IMG/VR virus record: IMGVR_UViG_3300037420_000617
Coordinates: 1 to 27,728 of that record
Strand: one strand, 5' to 3'
Source: a virus
Taxonomy: Duplodnaviria > Caudoviricetes
Length of the DNA: 27,728 nt
Both the position numbers and the translations under genes were made by a program. Below are positions 1 to 8,304 of this stretch, piece by piece; position 1 is the first letter of the stretch; every line of letters starts with the position of its first letter. A model generated the notes under the pieces. The model was given only the letters and a program-made list of their open reading frames with translations, was not told the DNA's origin and did no database searches.

Positions 1-441
1 AGCGGCCCCGGTCGCCGCCGTGGCACTGTTGGAGGCGTTCGTTGCACTTGTCGCCGCCGCCGTGGCGCTCCCGGCTGCGGCGGTTGCACTCGCGGCAGAC
101 GCATCAGCGGCAGCCTCCGCAGCCGCCTGATACGGGGCCAGTTCAGCCGAGTCCGGAGCCGTGCCGGGGATATACGGATCCCGAGTATAAAGCGTGGCCC
201 CGAAGCGATCGGTAATGACGATCTTGTAGGTCAGGCCATTGTCGAGGAAGATCGCGGGAAACCTGCCCGCGCCATCGGCAATCACCGGGTTTGAAAGCTG
301 CGTCGTTAACGATGAAGTTGAGTAAGCCGGACGCCGCGTCGTCGTGCTTGGCGCATAGACGTTGAGCTTCGCGCCGGGAACGCCGGTATTGGTTGGGCGA
401 ATGGCAATGTCATACGGAAGGAAAAACTGTACCGCTGCCAT
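1..441 (-). CDS. Tailspike / tail fibre, N-terminal 147 aa (runs off the window edge); particle-binding domain followed by an Ala/Ser/Thr-rich stalk
   Basis: Not in the ORF track. Manual translation from ATG at 441: MAAVQFFLPYDIAIRPTNTGVPGAKLNVYAPSTTTRRPAYSTSSLTTQLSNPVIADGAGRFPAIFLDNGLTYKIVITDRFGATLYTRDPY...AAAEAAADASAASATAAAGSATAAATSATNAS. The 'NPVIADGAGRF' segment resembles podovirus tailspike head-binding domains, and the position after the ejection genes matches P22 gene 9. Confidence 0.8.
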   Translation of the reverse strand, partial: MAAVQFFLPYDIAIRPTNTGVPGAKLNVYAPSTTTRRPAYSTSSLTTQLSNPVIADGAGRFPAIFLDNGLTYKIVITDRFGATLYTRDPYIPGTAPDSAELAPYQAAAEAAADASAASATAAAGSATAAATSATNASNSATAATGAA

Positions 442-510
442 GAGGGCTTTCCGGCAGCGCGGAGCCCTCCCGCGCGGGTTGCGGCCCCCTGCGGGGCTGG
501 CAGCGGCAAG

Positions 511-551
511 AGATTAGTTTATACCCTTCGGCACATGCAAAATAATGTCAG
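511..551 (-). promoter_or_regulatory. Putative late promoter 3 (tailspike): CTGACATTATTT box + 23 nt + -10 TAATCT
   Basis: Box at 540-551, -10-like hexamer at 511-516; same box and spacing recur at 11115-11155 and 20038-20078. Confidence 0.65.
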
Positions 552-668
552 ATGACTTGGGGGGAGACCTTAACCGCAGTCATATTCGGCATGTGGCTGA
601 CACCCCCGCCGTGGAGGTTCCGACTATCGGCTTTGCTGATCCTGGTTATCGTTGGGCTGGGCGGCTAA
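552..668 (+). CDS. Possible 38-aa membrane micro-protein, antisense to the late operon
   Basis: ATG552..TAA668: MTWGETLTAVIFGMWLTPPPWRFRLSALLILVIVGLGG; overlaps the last 45 nt of the large ejection gene; no clear RBS. Confidence 0.25.
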   Translation: MTWGETLTAVIFGMWLTPPPWRFRLSALLILVIVGLGG

Positions 669-3527
669 TAGCTGAGTAACCCGCTGATCTAGGAAATCTC
701 TGATAGGGGTGAGTTCGCGGGCAAGCGCCGGTTCTCTCGAGATGACGAGGCTAAGGCCCTTCACCGCGTTTTGTGCCTGCGAAGGCGTTGAAACATCGGC
801 CGCCTGGGCGAGCCATTGCGAGACGCGGGGATTGACCATCGCGCGGGCCGAGAGGACGTTGCGGGCGACTTGGGCACCCTTGATCGCTCCACCAACGGCT
901 AGGCCAGTGAGCACTCCGCTGCCGCCCCCAGTCATTCCGCCTTCCGCAAGGCCAACAGCGCCGCCTAGACCCGTCAAACTTGCCACGAACCGGCTCGCCA
1001 TTTGCCGAAGGACGCTGTTCGCGGTCTTTGATCGGTTGATGTCTCCACCGGCCTCCTTGAGCTTCTGAGAGAGCAGGCGAAGGTTATCGATGCTCTGAGC
1101 GCCGTCAGGTCCGAATACCGTGCGCTGAGCCTGCGGACTAAGCTTGCTCGACTGCGAAAGGAACAGGTCCGCGCTGAATGGCTGATCTGGAGCCCTTCGA
1201 CCCAAGGTGGAAGCGATGGTTGCGGCGATGTCCTGCCGCTCTCCTGGCTCGAGATCGCGCATCAATCCAGCGAGCCGTCGCGCATCGCCCCCCGGCGACA
1301 TCATGTTCTTCAGCTTTTGGAAGGCTTGCTCCCCGGAGACGCTCGCTTGTCCTTGCTGGACGCTCGGCCCGAGGAATCGGCCAAGAATGTCGTCGATGTG
1401 AACCATTCGCTCGCGATAAAACGCATCAGCTCGCCGGTACGCATCGGACGCTCCTTTAGGAAGGTTCGCGGCAACGTCCTGCTGTGCCGCGTCCAGCACC
1501 CCGCTCGCTCGGGCCTCGGCCTGTGTCGCGGTCAGGTTCTGTTCGTTGATGCGACCGCGCAGAGACTGGCGAAGCTGGCGCAATTCCTCGACGGTCTTGC
1601 CACCGGGAGCTGAAAGGTCGTTGCGGAGGCCCTGGAGGAAATTGATTTCCCCCGCATTCGTCTGCGGATTGGCCGAAAGAGACGCAATCTGATCGTCAAC
1701 CGACTGGATTGCGTTCGTGGGCTCGAAACGCGCATCGCCGGCAATCGAGCGGGCCCGGCTGTAAAGACGGTCCGCAACGCCCCTGCTGCGCCGAATGAAG
1801 CGGCGAGCGGCATTCTGGACACGTTCTCCCGCTGCATCGGTCTCAAGCGCCGTCCCGCCCTGCCCAAGATCGGCAACGCGGCCTTCGATCTGGCCCTTGG
1901 TCTTGTCTATGCCTTCGCGGATGACGTTCTGACTTCCCGGCGCACTCTCCAGAGCCCCGAACTTGCCACGCGAAGCTGGGTCCACCATCGGGCGGATCAG
2001 GTCCACGCCTTCGGCCTGCGCGGCCTGCGCCACGTCAGGAGCCATGCCCTGGGGCACTGAACGAGCGGCAAGCTTGCCAGCGGCATAAGGAGCCAATGCC
2101 CCAACGGCCGCGCCTCCTGTTGCCCCGACACCAAGTCCAGTCAGGCTTTGCGATGTTCCCTGTCCCTGTCCAAAACCTGCTAGGGCCCCGCCAAATGCCC
2201 CGCCAGCAGCGCCTTGCTTCACCAGCGCCGGAATACCCTGCACTGCTGCCAAAGCGCTTGTCGGGGCTGCTGCGGCTATTCCACCGGCAAATTCCAGCGC
2301 GGGAGCCGTCCAGCCCAATTGCCTGCGCGCATCTTCAATTCGCTGGCGTTCGACATCGCGGCCCAGGTCGTAAGAACCCACGGGGTCGAAATTGATCTTA
2401 TCCGAGAAGGGGGCCGTGACCGCATTGGCAAGAGCGTTTCCAACTCCCGCCGCCTCATCCGAGAGGTTGAGCGTAGCGCCTTGGTTGAGCAATGTCTGAG
2501 CGGCATTTTCACCTAGCCCAAGCTTGTTCTCGTCGGCAATGCGCTGCTTGACCTTCTGCTCTTCGGTGAGGTTTTCAACCGTCGAATTGAAGCCGCGCCC
2601 TTGGGAAATGGCTTGGGCGATAGCATCGGCATTCGGCACGTCCTGAACGTTGAGCAATTTTGTCAGGAAGGTGCGGACCTGATCGCCGGTCGGCTTGGGG
2701 TTTGCAGCGGTAAAGGCGGAAAACGCGCTCTTCTGATCGTCGGTGAGGTTGGAAAGTCCGGGAGGCGTATTGCCACCGCCCGAACCTCCGCCACCGCCAT
2801 TAGTGCCGGGACCGGTGCCGGGACCTGGAGGCGGCGTGTTGTCGTTCGTTTTCCCTGCGGCAGCCCCAAACTGCTTTTGGTATTTCTGCAATACGGCCGG
2901 ATCGTCTGGATTTTCACCATTCAACCGCGCGGCAGTCCTGAGAACGCGGTTTTCGATTTGATCGAAGCTTTGCAACGTCTGGTCACGGCCCATCGCCACC
3001 GGATCGAGCGCGCCCAATGCTCCGGTAACAAGCGGGATCTCCGACTGCATGATGCGGCCGATACCGCTGGTGCCGGTCGTGCTTTCCGCCTTTAATTGGG
3101 CTACCCAGTTCTGGAAGATGTTGCCGCGCAGCTCCTGGTTAACAACAGTCTCTAGCTGCTTCGCTTGGTCCGAACCGGGGTAGAGCTTGCCGACAGCGCC
3201 ACCTAAGCCGGTGCTCCAGTTGCTCACCAAGCCCCGAGCGCGTTCGATGCTCTGGATAGTATTTTGCGCGGCGGTCAGCGCCGCTTGTTTCTTCGCTTCG
3301 TCGCTGTCCTGCGCCTTGACCTGCGGCCCGTAATCGACCTGGTTCGTAGTTAAATCGACCTGCGCATTGGGAAAGTCGGGGCGATAGCGAGGATCGTTCT
3401 TCCCCAGCGGCTGATACTGATCTTTCGGCGCGGGCGGCTTTGGTGGAGCGCCCGGAATTACACCAGTAAAACCGGGATCAGCGGCTGGTTGAACGATCGG
3501 ATCACTATCCCAAGGGTTCGTTGCCAT
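624..3527 (-). CDS. Large internal virion / DNA ejection protein (P22 gp16-like position)
   Basis: 967 aa, Ala/Gly/Gln-rich and helical, N-terminal NPWDSDP motif, Gly-rich hydrophobic segments; last of four coupled ejection-type genes. Confidence 0.7.
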   Translation of the reverse strand: MATNPWDSDPIVQPAADPGFTGVIPGAPPKPPAPKDQYQPLGKNDPRYRPDFPNAQVDLTTNQVDYGPQVKAQDSDEAKKQAALTAAQNTIQSIERARGLVSNWSTGLGGAVGKLYPGSDQAKQLETVVNQELRGNIFQNWVAQLKAESTTGTSGIGRIMQSEIPLVTGALGALDPVAMGRDQTLQSFDQIENRVLRTAARLNGENPDDPAVLQKYQKQFGAAAGKTNDNTPPPGPGTGPGTNGGGGGSGGGNTPPGLSNLTDDQKSAFSAFTAANPKPTGDQVRTFLTKLLNVQDVPNADAIAQAISQGRGFNSTVENLTEEQKVKQRIADENKLGLGENAAQTLLNQGATLNLSDEAAGVGNALANAVTAPFSDKINFDPVGSYDLGRDVERQRIEDARRQLGWTAPALEFAGGIAAAAPTSALAAVQGIPALVKQGAAGGAFGGALAGFGQGQGTSQSLTGLGVGATGGAAVGALAPYAAGKLAARSVPQGMAPDVAQAAQAEGVDLIRPMVDPASRGKFGALESAPGSQNVIREGIDKTKGQIEGRVADLGQGGTALETDAAGERVQNAARRFIRRSRGVADRLYSRARSIAGDARFEPTNAIQSVDDQIASLSANPQTNAGEINFLQGLRNDLSAPGGKTVEELRQLRQSLRGRINEQNLTATQAEARASGVLDAAQQDVAANLPKGASDAYRRADAFYRERMVHIDDILGRFLGPSVQQGQASVSGEQAFQKLKNMMSPGGDARRLAGLMRDLEPGERQDIAATIASTLGRRAPDQPFSADLFLSQSSKLSPQAQRTVFGPDGAQSIDNLRLLSQKLKEAGGDINRSKTANSVLRQMASRFVASLTGLGGAVGLAEGGMTGGGSGVLTGLAVGGAIKGAQVARNVLSARAMVNPRVSQWLAQAADVSTPSQAQNAVKGLSLVISREPALARELTPIRDFLDQRVTQLLAAQPNDNQDQQSR

Positions 3528-4663
3528 TAGTCAGCCCTTCGTCCGGTTTCAAACTCCCGCATTGCCTGCGAGAGCTGCGGAAGGAGCGCTGGCGGAATAG
3601 GGGAGTTAGGATCGACCCCGAGCCGACGCGATACATAGGCGATGTAATTGTTGACTGACGCATCGGAATTATCGCCGCCGCGGCTCTGACGCGGAGCGTA
3701 GGTTTCGACAATGGCCGACACGTTGTTCAATCCCCGCCCCATGTAGCGCCCTAGAAGAGCTTGCTGCGCTGCAATTCCTTCCTGCGGAGAGGAAAAGGAC
3801 TGGAACTTCATCGAACCGGGAACCCGAAGCGCGCCGGGGTTATTGGTCATGGAAAAGCCGCCAGCCGGGGCCGCCGACTGACCTCCTTTCACCCGCATGT
3901 GGCCATTCGGGTCGAGGTAATGGCCACCGGGGGGAACTGCATCATAGCTCTTCTGATCGGTCACGGTGGGCAGGTTCCCGCCACCAACAGCGACCGTGGC
4001 GGGATTGGCAGAGCCGATGGGGTGGCCCATTGAATCCGTGGCGAACGAGGGGTTCTCGCCCTGCTGATGCCATTCGATCTTGCCTTGGCTGATGAGATCA
4101 CTGACCTTCTGGGCCGTGGTGATCGCAGCATCCAATTGCTGTTCATTGGTCGGGTCGAACCTGTCGAGCTGCGTCTGATCGACGCCTTCGCTCTGGAGGA
4201 TCGGCTTGGCCTGCTGCCAAAATGCCTGACGCTGAACCGGATCGGTGATCTGCTTGAGCTTGAACGCAACGGGTCCAGCCTTCTCCCAGAAGTCGGCGGC
4301 GCGCGATTGCTGATCCTTGTCCAATCCCTGAAATGCTTTGGCAAGATCGAGATCGCCCGCGCTTATCGCCGCCACTTCCGCGCCATGCGTGTCGCCGCCC
4401 GCGTACTGCCGCGCGAGCGCCTGTTGACGCTGTAGCGCAGTAAGTTGAGCACCGCGCTCCTCGAAATGCGCCCCTAGCGATGGATTGACTTGGTAGAGTT
4501 GGGAAAGGGCTACAGGGTCATTTGGTCTTTGTGCCAGTGCCGCAAGCGCGTTCCGCTCGTGGTACTTGTCCACGATTGCCGAGGCCATTTGGTAGCCGCG
4601 CGCGAAATTGCCCGCGATATCCACGGGCTGGTTGGTGTTCAGAATACTCCAGTCCAACGGCAT
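3527..4663 (-). CDS. DNA ejection protein with a C-terminal lysozyme-like (NNPG-type) domain
   Basis: 378 aa; C-terminus 'TNNPGALR...FSSPQEGIAA...L..Y...GLNNVSAIVETYAP...DN...NYIAYVSRRLGVDPN...MREFETG' matches virion-associated NNPGN-family muralytic-like domains; also 'YDAVPPGGHYLDPNGHMRVK' motif. Confidence 0.65.
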   Translation of the reverse strand: MPLDWSILNTNQPVDIAGNFARGYQMASAIVDKYHERNALAALAQRPNDPVALSQLYQVNPSLGAHFEERGAQLTALQRQQALARQYAGGDTHGAEVAAISAGDLDLAKAFQGLDKDQQSRAADFWEKAGPVAFKLKQITDPVQRQAFWQQAKPILQSEGVDQTQLDRFDPTNEQQLDAAITTAQKVSDLISQGKIEWHQQGENPSFATDSMGHPIGSANPATVAVGGGNLPTVTDQKSYDAVPPGGHYLDPNGHMRVKGGQSAAPAGGFSMTNNPGALRVPGSMKFQSFSSPQEGIAAQQALLGRYMGRGLNNVSAIVETYAPRQSRGGDNSDASVNNYIAYVSRRLGVDPNSPIPPALLPQLSQAMREFETGRRAD

Positions 4664-5437
4664 TTAGTAAAAGCCCCCCGGCATGTACGCGAGAGGCTGC
4701 GGGTTCATGATGTCGGGCGATACGCTCATCAAAGCGTTGCTCGGGTGATAGCTCGAACCCAAGGCCCCCGCTATAGCACCAGCCCCAGTCCCGATTGCCG
4801 AGCCAATGTTGTTCCAGTTGTTGGCGCTCGCCTGCCCGTTGATGAGCTGACCATTGGCCACGGCCGACCCCGCCGCGTTATTGTTGGCGCTGACCTGAGA
4901 GACGAGATTCTGGCCGACGCCCGCAAGAGATGAGCTTGCCGCTTCTCCCAGAGCTTCTTGGCGATAAAGATCGTCCATGTAGGTGCTCAAGGCCGAAGCG
5001 GCGTGGCCGGCTGCGTAATCGTTGATCGCCTTCATCGCCGCGCCGCTCTCAAGCGCGCCCATTGCGGCGTACTTGGTGTTTACCGCTTTCAGTCCCTCGG
5101 TGAGCGGAACCTGATAGGCCGGCGAATTGTAGAACTGATCGAACGCGCTCAAGGCGCTCGGGCTTCCGGGCGTCGTCGTTCCGGTAGTCGTCCCCGGAGT
5201 CGTGGTTCCCGGCGTTGTCCCAGGAGTTGAGCCCGTTGTTCCGGGGTGCGGCGTCGGATTTGGGTTCCCGCCGTGGACTGCGTAGCTCGGCTGCGATCCG
5301 GTCCCGGTGACGGCCGAGGTCCGTCCGAAGAGGTTCTGCGCGGTCCCCGGCTGGATGCGGTAGTCCTCCTGCGTCCTGACGGCAGGCCCGCTCGACGGAA
5401 CGAGATCGGAGAACATGTTGTTGGTGCCGATCGCCAT
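4664..5437 (-). CDS. Ejection / pilot protein
   Basis: 257 aa; 'FYNSPAYQ...EGLKAVN..YAAMGALESGAAMKAINDYAAG.AS' is typical of podovirus DNA-transfer proteins; PGTT repeats. Confidence 0.65.
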   Translation of the reverse strand: MAIGTNNMFSDLVPSSGPAVRTQEDYRIQPGTAQNLFGRTSAVTGTGSQPSYAVHGGNPNPTPHPGTTGSTPGTTPGTTTPGTTTGTTTPGSPSALSAFDQFYNSPAYQVPLTEGLKAVNTKYAAMGALESGAAMKAINDYAAGHAASALSTYMDDLYRQEALGEAASSSLAGVGQNLVSQVSANNNAAGSAVANGQLINGQASANNWNNIGSAIGTGAGAIAGALGSSYHPSNALMSVSPDIMNPQPLAYMPGGFY

Positions 5438-6087
5438 TAAATGTGCACTCCCATCGAAGCGGCCCTTGCGGCTACCGCGGCAGGATCGGCCCCCGCCGCA
5501 ATCGCCTGCTGTGCCTGCTGCTGGACCGTGGAGGCGAGCGCGCTAGAGGATGCTGGTGGAGTCGTTGCGGTAGCGGCAGGGTGTGCCGCTAGAGCAGACT
5601 GGGCCGCCGCGTAGTTGCCGGGAATGCCGTCATTCTTCATCGCTGCGACTTGGGCCGCCGTTGGCGGATTGGCGGCGTAATATTGCGACAGTGCGGAAGC
5701 GTAATTTCCCGGAATGCCATCGTTCTGCATGGCCATGACCTGGGCCAGTGACGGAGCGCCAGCAGTTGAACCCGACCCGCTCCCGCCAGATAAAGGAGGC
5801 AATGGGGCCGGTGCCTTGGTGGCTGAAATCCCAGCCGGGACCGCGATCCCCAAGAGGCCGTTATACTCGGCACCGGCAGGAAGGCCCAAGGCACTGTACG
5901 GGTCCAGCCTTGAGGCGTTGGCGTTATACATGTCGCGGGCGAGCTGATTGTTCTCATCCGCCACGGCGAGCTCGGTTCCGGTCGCTTGGCCGGCAGCCTG
6001 CTGCTGGGCGCTTGACGCCTTCGAGGAGCTGTAGATACTAGCTCCAGCACCGACGACAGCGGCCCCTATGGTCGCGCCAATAGGCAA
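5437..6087 (-). CDS. Small ejection protein (P22 gp7-like)
   Basis: 216 aa; hydrophobic Gly/Ala N-terminus 'IGATIGAAVVGAGASIYSSSKASSAQQQAA', then 'LDPY' motif; follows the gp14-like gene. Confidence 0.65.
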   Translation of the reverse strand: MPIGATIGAAVVGAGASIYSSSKASSAQQQAAGQATGTELAVADENNQLARDMYNANASRLDPYSALGLPAGAEYNGLLGIAVPAGISATKAPAPLPPLSGGSGSGSTAGAPSLAQVMAMQNDGIPGNYASALSQYYAANPPTAAQVAAMKNDGIPGNYAAAQSALAAHPAATATTPPASSSALASTVQQQAQQAIAAGADPAAVAARAASMGVHI

Positions 6088-6767
6088 GTCACCCTCCCGT
6101 CCTCGAGACCAACAATTGCGTCCACCGCATCGACTACGGGCGGCGCTTCGGAAATCAGCGTGATTGGGGCGTAACCGGCGTTATTCGCCCAGCGATTATA
6201 CAGTGCCTCGGCCTTCCTCGCCTGACCGCGTGAGAACATGCGATAAGCCGCACCCACATAGCGTTCGTGGATCGGGTCGTGAGGATGGGACGGGCCATTC
6301 GGAAGAGCGTCGTGGAACGCCTCTCCATCAGCTTCGAGATCCGGATTGTTCGTGATCCAGTCGTCAATGCCGATGCGGGCCTGAATACCGGTTCCAAGTC
6401 CCGGAAGCTCTTTCGCGAACCACGGCTTGAACCCGCCTTTGAGGCCAAGCCCCTTCGCCGCCGCATTATTGTCGGGCAGGAAGGTTGTCAGTTGCAAAGC
6501 ATTGGTCCGGGTAAACATATAGTCCATTCCAGCACGCATCGACCGAAAGGAGGATCGCCGCCCCTCGGGCGTGAACTGGGAATGGACCTCGTATGAAGCC
6601 GCTGGACCCGCGTGGAGGATAAACCCTCCCTCACCGAACCACAAAGCATAATTCTGCGGGTTCGAAACGACCTCCGTAACGTCGATTTCACCCTCCCCGC
6701 CAAGCCACGGACGGACCTCGGGGTGGTTGCACACCCTGTTGAACAATGAAGGGTCCAGCGTCCTCAC
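6066..6767 (-). CDS. GNAT-fold protein (P22 gp14-like) with a C-terminal extension
   Basis: 233 aa; 'YEVHSQFTPEGR...MF..TNALQLTTFLPDNNAAAKGLGLKGGF' fits GNAT-like gp14/DUF2824 proteins; syntenic position. Confidence 0.6.
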   Translation of the reverse strand: MRTLDPSLFNRVCNHPEVRPWLGGEGEIDVTEVVSNPQNYALWFGEGGFILHAGPAASYEVHSQFTPEGRRSSFRSMRAGMDYMFTRTNALQLTTFLPDNNAAAKGLGLKGGFKPWFAKELPGLGTGIQARIGIDDWITNNPDLEADGEAFHDALPNGPSHPHDPIHERYVGAAYRMFSRGQARKAEALYNRWANNAGYAPITLISEAPPVVDAVDAIVGLEDGRVTCLLARP

Positions 6768-7087
6768 AGGAGGCTCTTGTGATCGAGTGGAGGGGCTTTC
6801 GAGACATTAAGCCTGTGCCGGATGCTCAGTGACCTTCTTGCTTCATTGGAAAGCAGGATCTTGGGGTCTTTAACTTCCTCGCCAAGAACGATCAGCAGCG
6901 CTTCCTTCGCATATTGCGGGTCCGCATCGTCGGCGGAATGGTTGTAGGCCGTTTTAACCTTCCCACTTTTCGCGGTGGCCGAATATTCCACCCTTCCGTT
7001 GGGAAGCAGGCTCTGGGTAACCGAAACAGTGACCTTCTCCCCGCTATCGAGGGTCACGGTCCCATCGGGGTTCAGGGTGTAGCTCAT
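6764..7087 (-). CDS. Hypothetical protein
   Basis: 107-aa ORF overlapping both neighbours by 4 nt (translational coupling). Confidence 0.6.
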   Translation of the reverse strand: MSYTLNPDGTVTLDSGEKVTVSVTQSLLPNGRVEYSATAKSGKVKTAYNHSADDADPQYAKEALLIVLGEEVKDPKILLSNEARRSLSIRHRLNVSKAPPLDHKSLL

Positions 7088-8304
7088 GGCTTGTCCGTGT
7101 TGTGGGTGAGGATGCCCCGCTCGGGCTCGTTACCGGCCGAGAAGGTCTTTCCGTGGCAGCTGATATGAGCGACCGGAAGCCAACCCGCGTCCGTGATGAA
7201 GCAGGGCTCCCACACCACCCCGTTTCTGTCGACAGGAAGTTCGTGGCCGTTGATCTCGTCAGCCAGAATGCTGGAACCGTCCCTCAAGGTGATCGGCGTC
7301 GTGTCGCTGACCGTCAGTTCAAATCCCGACCGTGAGTGGATGGTATAACAATTGCCTTGAGATGGAGTGTTCCTTTGGACCGTCTCCCATCCTTCGAGAG
7401 TGCGGACCAGATCGCCCTCAACGACATCGAACGCCTTGACCCATCCCCTTGCGGTATGAACGAATGCTTCGGCCCATGGGCAGGCAGGGCCAAATCCACC
7501 ACCCCCGAGTCCTCCGCCCGTTCCCCCGGCCGAATAAACGACCGTGCAAGTCCCGATGTAAACGTTGTCGTCATCGGAATAGACCGTGTTCCCGCTGGTG
7601 GTGGTGTGGAGCGTGTGAGCCCCGTTGGTGAACATGTTGGTGTTGACGTAGAGATAATAAGTGATCGTCCCCGAGCCCGAGACATTGGCACTCATCGCAT
7701 TGTAGGAGACGGTCGTGTTGCCGATGAGAAGCGACCCCGCCCCGACGGAGATCGTCGCCGCCGCTCCTGTCCCGTCAACACTGTAGCTGATCGCCCCGGT
7801 GAATTTATATCGCCCTCCTGATCCCGTGATCGCGGGGAGGTTCTTCGGGACTACGTTGGTGACGTTTGTGGCGAGATCCGCGCCGAGCGTGGCGTTAAGA
7901 TCGCCCGTATAAAGTCCGCCGCTGGTTTTGCGGAGCAGGTTGGAGCTGTTCGCCCTCGTGGTGGTGATATCGCGGTTCAAGTCACCGGCAGAGGTCAATC
8001 CAGCGGCTACACGGCCATCGGTCAGTTCGGTTGGGCGAGACGTTAAATTCGTTGTCCAGTTCGCCCCCAGTGTCGCATCATTGTCTGGCTTGTGGCCGTC
8101 ATCGTCGGTGACCCCGGACCAATCCGCAGTGTGGGCAGCAGCAGCCGCGGCAGCTTGAGCCGCTAGGGCCGCGGCTAAAGCATCGTCGGCGGTCTCCAGG
8201 GCCCCGAACTCGTTCTCGATCGCCGTCCGGGCTAGTTCCCACCAAACCTGGAAATCAGCCCACTGGGGCTGGAACGGGGGCAGAGGAGGGATATTGACGC
8301 TCAC
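7084..8304 (-). CDS. Tail needle/fibre-position protein (P22 gp26 locus) with a C-terminal Hint (intein-like) domain
   Basis: 406 aa; N-terminal Ala-rich coiled coil, repeats DNDATLGA/DLNATLGA, beta-rich middle, Gly linker GGTGGGLGGGGFGPA, then C275...THN402-TDKP. Confidence 0.7.
   Translation of the reverse strand: MSVNIPPLPPFQPQWADFQVWWELARTAIENEFGALETADDALAAALAAQAAAAAAAHTADWSGVTDDDGHKPDNDATLGANWTTNLTSRPTELTDGRVAAGLTSAGDLNRDITTTRANSSNLLRKTSGGLYTGDLNATLGADLATNVTNVVPKNLPAITGSGGRYKFTGAISYSVDGTGAAATISVGAGSLLIGNTTVSYNAMSANVSGSGTITYYLYVNTNMFTNGAHTLHTTTSGNTVYSDDDNVYIGTCTVVYSAGGTGGGLGGGGFGPACPWAEAFVHTARGWVKAFDVVEGDLVRTLEGWETVQRNTPSQGNCYTIHSRSGFELTVSDTTPITLRDGSSILADEINGHELPVDRNGVVWEPCFITDAGWLPVAHISCHGKTFSAGNEPERGILTHNTDKP
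7099..7482 (-). other. Hint / mini-intein-like domain (C275-N402, 128 aa)
   Basis: Block A-like 'CPWAEAFVHTARGWVKAFDVVEGDLV', block B-like 'GFELTVSDTTPI', block F-like 'VAHISCHGKTFSAG', block G 'GILTHN' followed by Thr. Confidence 0.7.

Noticed and set aside
306-509. 67-aa minus-strand ORF from the track
   Set aside because: Out of frame with the tailspike gene starting at 441 and runs through the structured leader
5160-5250. PGTT-encoding tandem repeats, and the poly-Gln/Ala stretch in portal (about 19335-19385), as a CRISPR or contingency locus
   Set aside because: Degenerate in-frame low-complexity linkers without repeat-spacer structure
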